A stretch of DNA of 61,813 nt, filler included, from Choristocarpus tenellus KU-1152 (lineage: Eukaryota; Protista; Phaeophyceae), in assembly GCA_964200185.2 (NCBI GenBank). It is 8 parts of 8 records of this genome, joined end to end, with 100 filler letters (N's around TTAATTAATTAA, not from the genome) between each part and the next. Parts side by side here need not be neighbours in the genome. Positions count along the whole stretch, not along the records: positions 40,024 to 45,017 come from CAXNAD020012245.1; positions 45,118 to 49,924 come from CAXNAD020012987.1; positions 50,025 to 57,258 come from CAXNAD020006493.1; 5 more parts are not named here. One strand, written 5' to 3'. Below the pieces are notes generated by a model, which made no database searches, was not told the origin of the DNA, and worked only from the letters and a program-made list of their open reading frames with translations. A program made the position numbers and the translations under genes. Position 1 is the first letter of the stretch. Every line of letters begins with the position of its first letter. Positions 40,561 through 53,306 of the stretch are shown here, piece after piece.

Positions 40561-43500
40561 TGTGCTCAATACATAGAAACTACAACAATTATCGGTGTTG
40601 CCTGTTGCTGATAGCTAATTTGCATCCCATGTCTGACCATGTATGTACGTGCCCCGGCCCATGTGCGAACACACCATAAGAACACTATAATACCGGTTGC
40701 GACCACCCACACACGACATCACCATCATCATCAGTAGGAAGAGAAGCTCATCGTCGTCCCAAACCTCTTTTTTCTCTAATGTTGATATGATATGTCCACT
40801 GACTTTTCGCAGATGTTGTCGTAGGGGGGACAAGAAGCAACATACAAGGCAGGGAATACAACAAGCACAACAGCAGTCTGTATTGGTACATGATACTATT
40901 ATTTGTTCATTTGTGTACTTCGATCAGTCATAGGAACAACTGTTTCTAGTTGTCGTTTTTTGTTGTTTGATCTAATTGTATAATAGTACAGTTGTAGTCA
41001 GTCGCAGTATTAGTGTATCAATTACATTAACAAAATTGCTGGTATTGATACTGCTGTTATTGTCATGCACACTTTGTTCTGGTTGCTCTACTACTAGCAC
41101 GACTATGCTGCTCCGCAATAGTACTTACTATTACTAAGTAGTGTAAAATGCATGAATTGATACCGTCTAGCTGACCTCACTGTCATCGATTGTAGTCTTA
41201 ATCATTAGTGGATGTCCCTGCCATCATTTTATTGCAGTCAATTACATCACCACCACAGCTACGTATTCAGAGTTTTTGCAGGGTCCTCAAAATGTAACAC
41301 AACCGGTGCGCAGGAGCAAGACGTGCAAGCCTTCTTATGGGCTGGGCTCCTCGTTAGCCATGTAGGCCCCTTGCAACAAAAAAAATCCATGTTCCACTTC
41401 GTTGAATAAAATTCTCTTTCAAATAAGAAAAATAATATATTATGGAGCGATCAAGTACAATTTTGGCGAACGTTGTAGTAGGTAGTTACGTACGCATATT
41501 AGTCGTAGCAGGAAAAGTAGAGGTGGAAGAAGAAACGTTTGTATCCATTCATTTTCTGATCTTACCACCATGACTAATTGTTACTATTTTCTCCAGTCCA
41601 GCCTTTTTTGAGCACCCTACTACTCCTACGCCATCACTACTACAGGATACTACTACGATTAAGTATGAATATACAGACCATGTGCAGGAAGGGAGACAAT
41701 GAATCCACCACACTCGTATACAATCATACAATAATTACAATTGAAGTAGTCCTTGAAATTCCTAGATATTGAAAGTTGGACTTGTCTGAACTTATAGAAG
41801 AAGTGTTCCTATTAAATTCTTTCCGTTTCACATAAAGTTAGCGACAGCGAAGTGTTCTCAAGAGGAAGCGTAGGTATTTCTCCATTAATTGTGATACATA
41901 TTACGATCAAAACAACAAATGTTAACTCTTACGAACCGTAATATCTACCGGAAGACCTTCCAGCCACTCTCATCACAAATTAAGCATATATTTTTTACCG
42001 AAGAAAATAGTTTGTGATGAATTATCCTCCATCATTGATACTTGGTACTATCATTGTTATCATTGTTTTTTATCGTTATGCTTGTATCCTGACAGAGCTC
42101 TAACCTTAGACCTTGCCAACTGTATGGAACTCAGTTAGGCCAGATATGCACGTTCTTGTGTTTGTCTAAAACTAGATAGGTGTTGCCGACTGATGTCCGG
42201 AGGCCTACCATCAATCCATCACTCGTCCACAACCCTATCCCTGATATACTTCAGTACTACACCTGTTGTTATGTACGTCAAACTAATATTTCCTACAACT
42301 ACCTGATCAACAACATCTACACCCTAGCCTACTACCTAGAGCTACATAGAGGGCTAGCATTGATTAAGGCACATACAACATTTTCTTTTTTTTCCAACTA
42401 TTATAAGGTCATCATGCTGACCACTATGATCCACTGTTATTGTTATAGCTGATTGACCCAGTGGCTTATGCATATATGCATAGCATAATAGAATGGGCAC
42501 ATAGCCACCTCCATCCATGAATCACGTTGCACACACTGGAGACCTTTCAGTAAGAAATGCACTGTCAACATCAATACATACACTTGTATCATGTGGGATA
42601 AGCTACGTCAAGCAGGGACAAATGTTTCCATCATTTACATATATCTGCCCACCACGCATAAGAACCAAGCTACTACAGCTACTATGATCTGGGGATGATG
42701 AGACGTCAGACAGCCTTGCTCAGGGGTTGGACGGACACCTCTACTCCTATGAGAAGAATAGTTTGAGGCGGTCTATGACATAGTCGCAGTGGTGGATCCT
42801 ACTCTCCTTTGGACCTTTCCTCCATCACTCCTACTACTACTGCACTATAAATAAGCTTATCGTTATGAGGGGGTAGGGACTGAAACCAACTGACCAAGAT
42901 CAACAGCATACACACATGTGTTTCGATGCAGTTGGACACTTTGCCTCCAAGCAACTGTTTGCAATGCATCCACCTCCAACGTTGGATCATTGATATCATG
43001 TGCTCGGGAGCAAGTGCCCAAGGGGAAATCAATATCTTCCAGAATTCGAACAAGCACCATAAGAACGAACATGTCAAGTGCAAGGCCAAACCAAGCAAAA
43101 CAGGCAACCACGTTTCCTATCAAGGGATCTTTGCACTGACCAAATTGACGCAGTCACCAAGCAATCTCTCCTCCAGGCAGGGGATAATAAACTAAACTAA
43201 ATGCAACTGTACAGAGCAATTTGCGAACCGTGCAGACTACTTCCACCTGGCATCTGCAGTTTTGGCTACATTGATTGAACACCCAGTACCACATATTGAT
43301 GCCATGGAAGCACCAAAATATCATGCAAGTTGACCAGTGCATGCACCTTGGAAAACGCCACCCTTTTTGACTTCTGTCTCATCAACCTTACAATCCAAAA
43401 CCTTCTCTCTCTCTCTCTCTCTCTCAGGTGACAATCACCCAATCACCCATGTTTCCACACAAAGCTCCACCTGCAAGCAGTAAAAAATTCTGAAAAAAAA

Positions 43501-44011
43501 TCAATACAGAACCACCGCATGGGCGCAGAAAAAATAGGAAAGTTCGCTTGCAACATACAAGGCATTTCTTAACAGTCTCACAAACCAACGAAACACGTAC
43601 TCTCCCCACAAGCAGCACAGTGAAAACAACCCTGTCAAAAAAGCCGAACAGGAGGACGGAATGCCGGGGGGCCTTTGTGGGCACATCAACGGAAGGATGA
43701 TGAGCGAGTCTAAGACTAGCTCATATCCACTGCTGGGGAGCAGCAAACAGAACTCAACAACATTTAACAATATACGTAGAAGTAAGCACTCACGAGAAAC
43801 ATTTACAAGTCAGAACTGGAAAAAATAAAAATTCGGTTTATATTGAAAGTCGGCAGAAAGAGCCGTTTCATTTTAGAAGAACTGCGGGTAGACGCAGCAC
43901 TACCAGAGGTCCTTGAGCTCTTCCACCCACTACATGTGCAACAACATAACAGCATGTCATGGTGCCCAAAAGCCCATTGCCAACTTGCCATCACTTCACC
44001 CCGCCAATATA

Positions 44012-44233
44012 CTAAGGTGGAATAACGAGTTGTGGGGGAACAGAACGACTGCTTGAACCGCTGGTCCCTCTCGAACTGCTACCTTTGCTACTTCTTCGTC
44101 CCCTCGACCATATTAGCTTAGTCAAGTTTCGCTGCGCCTTGACAGTCTCCGCATGACCTGACCCATACACAGCCTTGGCAGCATTAACAGCTCGCCTCTG
44201 CATGTTCTCTGCTTCTTCCATCTTACCCCTTGC
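44012..44233 (-). CDS. Terminal exon of a kinesin-light-chain-like TPR protein
   Basis: tcctcag acceptor, then ARGKMEEAENMQRRAVNAAKAVYGSGHAETVKAQRNLTKL, which fits the 42-aa KLC-type TPR pattern (GKyeEAe...RAl...vlG.dHp.t..a..NL). A Ser/Arg-rich tail and TAG follow. Confidence 0.65.
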   Translation of the reverse strand, partial: ARGKMEEAENMQRRAVNAAKAVYGSGHAETVKAQRNLTKLIWSRGRRSSKGSSSRGTSGSSSRSVPPQLVIPP

Positions 44234-47200
44234 CTGAGGAGCAGACAGTGCAGTGTCAGTGGGGAGTTGTTACAGAGCAGGAGTATAATAATATAAAAAT
44301 ACACGTCCTCATCTGAGCTGTGCACTGAAGGCTTAACTACCTGCTCAAGCAATGCTGCTGTTCTCTTCCTACCCCATCGACACTTTAATACATACTACAA
44401 ATACATATGAATATATAGTTAAGAGGGAAGAAATGCAAGTTATTATGGAAATCCCAGCCAAATCATCCCTCAATTTCTCCTCCAGTAGTCGAGTGTCCCA
44501 TGCCACCACACAAACAAAGCTTGCCTGCAGTGTTAATAAATAACCAACAATCAAGAGGTTCATGCCGACGCACCTATCTGTCCATCCTACTCTGCTATTT
44601 GAGCGTCTCTATAAAACTCCCAAGGACATACCATGCACAATGGGTTGGTTGACAAGGTGGGGGGTCCACAACTCTCAACTCTCAGGTACTACACACCAAT
44701 ATCAACTCTGTCGGGGGGAAAGGGGGGAAAGGAAAATATTCAAATGGCAGCAAGGCAAAGTGTACATCGCAACCAAACCACAACAGGATAGCCATAACAT
44801 ATGGGACAATGATACCAATCTGAGGTCTGAGAAAATTTCTGAAGGACGTTCCCATAAAAAATACAGACCCTCAGGTTCTTGTGGCTTGTTGAATTATATA
44901 CATACTCTTAATTTTCTTCTTATTCCGTACCATAAATGACAGCACCTGCGAAATGTCCAGTGGGAACAACAATAATACAAAGGAGGGTACAGCAGGGAGG
45001 GGGGGGGGGAGAGTCACNNNNNNNNNNNNNNNNNNNNNNNNNNNNNNNNNNNNNNNNNNNNTTAATTAATTAANNNNNNNNNNNNNNNNNNNNNNNNNNN
45101 NNNNNNNNNNNNNNNNNAGGAAAATCAAGGCAAGCAAGCAGTTGGGGGGGGGGGGGGACTGTAGCCCAGTGATTACAGGAGTGTTTGTGACATCGAACAA
45201 TTATTTCTAGCCGCATACCGTGTACGTTGTGAGACATCAGGTAAAAGACTTTGGGGGTGGATAAGGTGGACAGGGCATGAGCACCCAGTGCAGGACGACC
45301 AAATGTCGAAATATCGCAAAGAAAGAGAAAGATTACAGAGACAGATAGTGTCCCTGTTTGAGGCGTAGATTAAAGAGATAAAACAAGAGCTTGAGCAGTG
45401 TCCAAACGAAGTCAGCAACATAATAAAATGAGGAAATAGCGGCAAAAATATGAGGATGATCATTTGCTGCAGACAAGCAAGGCTTTGAGATGGCCAAACA
45501 AGCGTATCATAGCTGCTGTCCTGCCTCAAGTGAACCTAATGCAATGGACCATGCTGCCTGACGGAAATAGAGGTGAAAGCCCTCCCAACAACAACCACGC
45601 CTCTTAAGGCCTTACCAAAATGTAGGGCAATAAAAGAACTGTAGCCCCATTTCCCTCTGTAGTGTTTCCATAACACCACAGCAGCAACATAAGCAAGACT
45701 CCACACATTCCCCAAAGTAAAGAAACTACATGCAACGGGGCCTTGTTTCCTACATGGCCTCTTGTAAACTATTCTTGTGAAGGCTTGGAGATATTAGTCC
45801 GAAACAGCCATAGTAGACGTTTCTATTCACCACAGTGCAGTAGCAGCATGGTCCCAAGTTGCCATTCTTAAATCACCCCCAATGGGGTACGGTTTGGGGC
45901 AAGGGTTGCGTATCACCTCAGTGAGGCCCAATGGACGGCGTACGCTGACCGCAGCCACAAGGGACGCAACTCTGCAAAGGAGAGGAAATGGATGGTTCAG
46001 GGATTGTCTGTAAGAGGTCGGTTGTGCTGTGGTAAGACTGCAAAAGCGCCCAGCCATGGTAGAGTCAAAGTCTCCAGATTGAGTGACCTCCCCCTCGTGA
46101 GTGAAGTTCACCAAAAGGGACCTCTTATTCACCCCTACCTATAACAGAAGGGGGTGTTCATCGTAGAATTTTTTCTTCCAGAAGATCAAGAACCATACTC
46201 CATCATGGCAAAAATGGTGCACAGGGTCTAGCGACAACACTGCAACAACAGGCATTGTGTAACTGACGACACTTGCTGCTTACAACATGCTTACCACAAC
46301 CAATTTTCCTTGATCTTGTACAAGACGAAATAACACTTACGGCAAAGATGAAAGTGTTCCTTGGCATACATCGAACCGGCGCCGCACACTGAGGTGCTGC
46401 AAAATATGCAGGCAGTGCAACCTAGACTGTCATCTTTGTTCTCGCCTGCAGTCCTCGTCTACCCCTTCCAGTCGTTCCTCCAGCTGCATAGCTACCATCT
46501 CATGGGGGACATACATCTGACCAAGTTCGTGTCCACCACATCCACCTCTCATGGGATTCGTGTAATCGATTAAGGCCAAGGAGTCCCTTCCAAAGCATCA
46601 GAAGCACTAGCAACGATAGATGCAGAGATGTTTTGCCCTTACTCGTCAACAAGACAATTCCTGGATTTCGCCCCTCCACTGCCGACCACCTTCTTTCACA
46701 CGTCTACAATATTCCATTAAATCTACATTAGCCACATGCTCTCCTAGGTTTCTTCGCACTCGTGCTTGACCGTCCTTGACCAACTTGTGTTGTGTTTCAA
46801 GTTTTACCAAATCCAACTCTGCATGGGTTTCTAACTATATCGAAGGCCTATATGATTGATGTTGAATCAATAACGAATCGATTTCAGATTCTTGTGGAAC
46901 AACTGGTTTGTGTTTAGGTCCCTGAACAGTTTTCCCTGTTGTGGAGAACACGGGGCTTGGTATGCCTTGACAAGCGCTCAACTATTGCTCTTCGAAAGCA
47001 TCAATTCCTTATAAATGAATACTTCTCAGACTCATGGCTGGATAGCTCACACTGTCCTTGTAATTCTGGATCGCTTAAGGTAGGTACACCAGGATTGATG
47101 CCTGACCCTGACTCTTGGAAGATATTGCACACGAATACTCTCAGTTAGTTGCACAAACCCTGGTGAAAGACCGATAAAATTGTTTCCTACCCTCCTCACG

Positions 47201-47599
47201 CAAACCCTATCCTACACCTATCACCTCATCTGTATTTCTTTGGCTCTAAACACCACATCGAACAACTTACTCAAAGCACGCTACACATCTTGAGGGTCGC
47301 GGGGTATTTCGTCCTGTCTATCCAGGCAATCATTGTCACATGGCTCTGGCCCCAGCTATTCCCAGCAAGGAAGAAACGGAAGCTTGGTCCCAGGAGGAGA
47401 GTCCACATGAAGAGTCGAGGCTGCAACCGCGATAGTAGCCCCCGAAGCAGCGTCGTAAGCGCTAACAGGCCTCCAAGTCATGGTAGCAGCTATTTCGTGA
47501 GCCGAGCAAAAAACAGTAGCAGTGGACACAACAGTTTTACCAAGAGGTCTGAGCAGTTTCTAATCTGGGTTGAGAATTGGGGGGGGAATTCTCTTGTGG

Positions 47600-48340
47600 C
47601 ATGTGATGATTGAATGATATGCTGTGTTTAACTTGTGCCTATGAAACCTTAATGAGGAAATTGAACCCTTCTAGCGGTTTTCTTTTTAGGCAGACGTTGA
47701 GCAAGTCGTGGGTAATAAGAACCTCCACGGTGAAGGGTGGTGGAAGGTTGTCGCGGATTTCTCTCATCATATGATGCATTTCTTGGATATTTCGAACTCC
47801 TTGGTAAGTATTTCTTGCGAGTTGAACGTTGGATTGTTGCCCTCTCGATGTCCGTTGCCCGGGTACCCTACCTACTGTTAGTGATAATTGCACAACAATA
47901 CCATACGTTTTCAATGCAGGAATTGCCGTCGGTTCAATCCCTGTCTCAAGGCACAGTCATGGTTGCTACGCTCAACAACACACTGTGCGCGTCCATGTTC
48001 CACTGACACCTTACGACACGTACCTTCCTTCCCGAAAGCCAAGAAGGGGCATGCATTAGTGCCCACTCTCTCTCTCTATTCCCTTCTCTTTTTCCTCCCA
48101 TGTTACCAGTATCCCTAACACCAACATATCCCTTGAAAGGAGATCCCATTCGAGGGGTGCCTTCTGCTCTTCTATCAATGAACTGGAAAGCAGCATGCAA
48201 TACATGGACAGATTGGAGGCAATGGCTGAGCAGCAGGGGTCAGAAGGACAGGACATTGAGGTGGGAACAGAGGATGCAAAAATAGTACTTCCCAGTAGCT
48301 TTGTGGACAAGGTGTTGTTGCTATATTCAACCAACTACTC
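47600..48340 (+). mobile_element. Helitron Rep N-terminal relic
   Basis: EVGTEDAKIVLPSSFV (Helitron vG..iiLPsSf motif) is preceded by CC..DVR and QQYHTFSM-like segments. Frameshifted. Confidence 0.5.
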
Positions 48341-48390
48341 TTATCTTCAGTGCCCCTTCCTTACTGGTTCACATTTTTTTATTTAATGTA

Positions 48391-48624
48391 CAGTACTGTG
48401 CAAAACGTTTACCACAAATACAAAATTGGAGTTGCAGACAGGGCAACGATCCGAAGCATATAGCGTAGAAGAACCTTGTCTATTTGAAAGGTGACCGGTG
48501 GCCTGCGACCTTGATGGAATGGCCTGCACAGTCGCCTGATTTAAATCCCATTGAGAACCTACATCTAGACTCGCAAGTACAAAAGTCAAATTCATGTTTG
48601 TACTGAACGATTTGCACAGTACTG
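48391..48624 (+). mobile_element. Internally deleted Tc1-like element (234 bp)
   Basis: TA|cagtactgtgcaaaacgtt...aacgatttgcacagtactg|ca terminal inverted repeats enclose MEWPAQSPDLNPIENL, the Tc1 catalytic-E motif. Confidence 0.85.
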
Positions 48625-48638
48625 CACATGACGTTTTG

Positions 48639-48640
<2 letters not shown>

Positions 48641-48693
<53 letters not shown>
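48641..48693 (+). repeat. (AC)n microsatellite
   Basis: About 26 AC units, read directly. Confidence 0.95.
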
Positions 48694-48700
<7 letters not shown>

Positions 48701-50024
48701 TCATCGTCAACATGGCACAAGGGCAAATTAATGGTTTAGTCACGACCAGGGCAGAGATTAGATAGGACGTAGGGGGGTATTAGATCATAGTAGAGTAGCA
48801 TTTCATCATGTAGAGCTTCCCTCCACCTCTCTAAACCTTGCACGATTTGGTCTGGTGACAGGGCCGTATGATTGCTGTATTTCTTGCTGCTTTGAACCGA
48901 GGGAAACGGTCTGGGCATCGTTAAACGCCGGAGATTTGAACAGGTGGCGGTTACTCTAAAGTTTGGAGACCGATTTTTCAGTTACTCTATGTCTCGTCCG
49001 CGCGCACGTGCATGCCCCGTGCGTCTGAAAAGAAAAAGAAAAATGAAGAATGAAAAGCTCCTGTTTGTTTGTACCCTGCCTGGCATCGCACGCAGACGCA
49101 CGTGCACGATTTTAGCCTCCAAATTTTGACCTTAGGTGGGGCCCTCCCTCACGCTGGCCGGGGGAGCAATACTCTCGCAGCTACGCACGCCTCTTTGCCG
49201 GCCTGCATGTAGTGCTCCCGAGGCACCTGAAACTGCAAATTAACCACGTGTGATCAAGTGCTGAACTATTTTATTTTATTTTTTTATGACGTTGGGTTGC
49301 AGATCCTCTCGGTTCACGACTCGAAGGCGTTCTTGCCCGAGTAAGAGCTCATCTTCTGTTCCCCCTTGTGTCTTCATCCTTCCGACACCTTTTTCACCCT
49401 ACCCACAGCACTGACCCAGTGTCGAAGTATATTGCCTCTACAGAGGCGGAGAAGAAAGAAAGAAAGCCTTCCTGATCACACCCGTATTCCCGTTCAAAAA
49501 TCTATTGTCCTTAGGGTGAAGTTACAGCGACTGAGCTCATTGTAGGTCCACCAGGTCTGGTACAGGTTCAATGGTGGGGTCGGTGTGGCCTCATCCGTCC
49601 CGTTGTCCTGGTGACCTTAGCCCTCCTCGAAGTGACCCTGCTCTGGGGTCACTTTTTCCATCCGTTTGGGGCAAGTGGAACAGGGCTGATTGAATCTTTG
49701 AAGGACGAATATCTGACGGAGATAGGGGGTCTGCTAGAAGCTGGGGAGATAGTAGCCCGTGGCACTAGTAAGGGGGGGGTGGGGACAGTAGTGAAAGGGG
49801 AAGGGGTACGTTTCGCCATGAGGAACCAAGTAGTGGGTGAAGGGGGGGGGGGGAGGAGCGAAAAAGACAAACAGGAGGGGAAGAAGGGGGAATTGGCAAA
49901 GGAGGAAAAGGCAGCCAAAGAAAANNNNNNNNNNNNNNNNNNNNNNNNNNNNNNNNNNNNNNNNNNNNTTAATTAATTAANNNNNNNNNNNNNNNNNNNN
50001 NNNNNNNNNNNNNNNNNNNNNNNN

Positions 50025-53000
50025 CAGTTGTTGAGGGCTGCGTACAGCTTTCTCTCTGTAGTGAGCTTGGATCCCATAGCCCATAGCCCCCTCCCTGGGG
50101 GGAGAAACTTCATTGCAAACATGCGTCGGTACATCTCCTCTGCAGACTCTTGTGCCTGCTTCCACAGAATTTCATTTTTTGTCAACAGAGGTGATTCAGA
50201 ACAGATTATGCTTGCCTGAACTGTTACATTGGCAAGAGTCATTTCGTAAGTGCCTGTTCTCCCATCTATCAATGGCAGAAAGTAGATCATATCATCTATC
50301 AAAGCAAGGGAGGAGGCAGAGACTGCGCTGGTGGTAAAGTCAAGCCCACAACTTATGCATTACCCATCTTGAGAGAGGGCAACTCTGCCGGAGGAAAACA
50401 GAAGAGATTCACAAGAGCATCCCTACCAATGTGTGATGGGAGTGAAGCTCATGCCATTGATGATGGGGTGGTACATGCAATGGTCTTGCAGGGAGTACAT
50501 GCAGGAGGTAACACATACGGGCATTTAACCATTCAAGTATGCCATGGGACTCAAAAATATTAAAGATATTTGAGCTTACAATAACCAGAGAAAGTGGTGG
50601 TAGGAAAAGGCTTTAATTTGGCTTTACTTGCCCACTGTGTTAAGTCCATTCCAGCTCTACAGAGGCAGACTCAGGGCACATGTTATCAACAGGTGGAAAT
50701 TATGTCACCCAGAAGCAAAACAACTTGGACCAAAAATGCACAGCTCCTCTTCTTCCTGTACAACACATGGCTAAAGGGAGGCTACCAACAATGCCAAGAG
50801 CACGGATACCATGTGAGGACAAATGCAGAGCAGGATTGTATGCGTACACAGATCACAATGATAAAATCAAAATGAGTACAAAATAACAATGATCTTCCTC
50901 TTCATGAATCTTCAGCCTGCCTGTATTTACAAAACCTGCGTAAAAGTCTCTCAGACATCGCAAAAAGATAGTATGCCCAGTATTGGGAAAAAGATCATGC
51001 AACTAGAGTATATACTTACATTATACTTGCTTCTGTGGGATCCCTCACCAGCCGAAAAGGATTTTTAGTCTCATGTCGCTCACTGCACTTTGTGCATGTT
51101 TCCAATTATAACCAAGTGCATCAAAAATATTTCAGCTGATTAAACTTACACAGATCAGACCTTTTGTTTCACAAAACTACATATATGGTCCAGAGTGGTA
51201 CTGTGAATAAACACTGAACTACACCTGAACAGTAAATACCAATTCAAAGCATTAGGTCATTCCATATTCTACATAGTATACAGGCTTGCCTTCAAGTGTT
51301 GCAACAAGAGTCAGATTACCAATCTGGGCAGAAGTAAGTGATGATATTGGGGCATTCTGTGGCTCCCACCTCACCTCAGCTTCGTCCCAAACCAATCCCT
51401 TCCTCAGCATCCACTCCTTCTGCATGCTGAATGTGCCATTCACCACTCTCTCAACAGTCTGGTACCTGAGGAGGAGCAATAGGGAACATCAGAGTGTTCT
51501 GAAAACCCGATCTGAAGTGGGGATTTGGGCTTGAGGGAAGGGGGAGGGATACTAACATACAGAGCAAAAGCAGTAACAACACCATGCTTGACTTGTGTCT
51601 AGAGCTTGGCAGGCCTATGAAGTAAAAAAATGGAGCAAGGAAGGAATGTAAGAACAGATATGGTGGGGAAACTCTTGGAAGGGGAAGGTTACCTTTGAGG
51701 TAGATTTAGTGCTCAGGCAAATTTAGAGTGTAGATGAACGAAAACACAGACTGCAAAATGGTCGAAGACATGTGGAGGTTTCACAATTGGTTGTAAGACT
51801 CGGAGGTTGGGGCTTTGAGGGAAAATGCAATTTCTCTTTTGGAATTTGGACCAGGCCTACTACTACTACCACAAAGTGCCATGTCTTTGCACAAAATCTG
51901 CACTCAGTCATCAACAATTATAGCATATGACTTGAGCAATCCATCTCCGCAATAAAGACTTCTTTATGTATCAGTCTGTTTTCATATGATGGAAAACTCA
52001 GGCTCAAAGTAGATGAACTGAAATCCATATAAACCCACAGCAACAGTGGAAGAAAAAAATGATCCATGCCCATACATAAAATTCGACAAAATTGATGTAA
52101 GAGTTTGTCGCAGCAAGAGGTGCGACCACTCACCACTCTTCCTTGGCATCTCCATCCTCTCTCAAAAAGCGTGAGTATGTACGTCTGTATACCAGCTCTC
52201 CTAGTCCATTGAATCCGAAGGGTGCCTCACGTCCCTGCCCCTCCATCTCAACAAACTCCTTACTAAGCCGAAATAGCATGCCATGTACGGAGTTATCAAT
52301 CTCTGAACCATACCCTGAAGGTAAACCCAGCCCGTCAAGCTCTGATCTTCTATCATATGGTCGGGATTCATCCTGCACTCGAGGGGAGGTTCCCGCAACA
52401 TCTCTATCGGGAAAAACCAGGAAGAATGGAGGGGTTACCAGGAAAAAAGAGGACACTGAGAAGAGATTTCACGAGAGTGAGTGGATGTCGGAGCACAAAA
52501 TCGAATTGAAGCCTATTGCATGCATAGACCAGAGAGTATTGCAGGCAGCCTGTGTTTATGCAGAGTGTTAGGTATGCCTCCAGGTAGATATCGCCATCAT
52601 AACTGCTAATCCCATCCTTCAAACAAACCTTCCAAATATGAACTATACAACAAGGTTAGGGGATTTTGGAAGGGTGCTTCAGAAATGTGGAAGATTGGGC
52701 AACCACCATAGTAGACATATCCTCCACGTTATATACTCTGATAAAATCACGTCTCATAACACATTGCAGAGTAACCCTCGCCCCTCCACATCCCTCTCCG
52801 ACTTGATACCAACCTCATTGACATTTTGGTGTCGTCCTCCACAGGTAAAGATCAACCATAGTAGTTTTGATCAAAACAATAAAATCCAATTGTAGAGGTG
52901 TAGCGAATATAGAGATGTAGCAATTGTAAAGAGGCAGCGATTGTAGAGAGCAGCAATCGCTGCCAAGAGTGGTTGAGCACTCACAAGGTGGGCATTGCTA

Positions 53001-53118
53001 ATGTTGCAGTTCTTGATCTCGTAAGAGTAGAGAACACCAACGGAGCCCGCACACTACCAGACCAGGACAAATTCTTCGCGGTCTGGCTGTAGGTCAGGTG
53101 ACGCCAGGCGATATACAT
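50025..53118 (-). CDS. nrdJ: Class II adenosylcobalamin-dependent ribonucleoside-triphosphate reductase (monomeric NrdJ/RTPR type), 3'-partial, 4 exons
   Basis: Exons 53118-52985, 52403-52134, 51465-51375 and 50155-50025 (cut by gap) are phase-consistent. FRLSKEFV...FGFNGLGELVYRRTYSR...EEWYQTVERVVNG...AEEMYRRMFAMKFLPPGRGLWAMG...AALNNC parallels the N-terminus of Lactobacillus-type RTPR up to the first active-site Cys (LNNC). Confidence 0.88.
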
Positions 53119-53306
53119 TGTTCAAAAGAAACGCAAAAACGCATACTATTGTAGTACTTGCTACGTTATACAAGAGTATATGGTCAAGATCAACCACAAA
53201 TTTGAGGGTGTTCTACTGAGAATTTATAGAGGCGTTATCATTGAGCCAGTTTTATGTTTGAGTTGATTACAACACAAAAGAGGGAGGAAAAGAATTAGGT
53301 GGCGTG
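53119..53306. promoter_or_regulatory. Putative bidirectional promoter between nrdJ (minus) and MLH3 (plus)
   Basis: Only 188 bp separate the two modelled ATGs (53118 and 53307) of divergently oriented genes. Confidence 0.55.

Noticed and set aside
45170-47200. Coding-like decayed sequence
   Set aside because: Stops in all frames and no diagnostic motif. Probably TE-derived but unassignable.
49500-49924. Continuation of nrdJ beyond the gap, or a terminal exon
   Set aside because: No RNR motifs in any minus-strand frame. A terminal exon of another gene is possible but unsupported.
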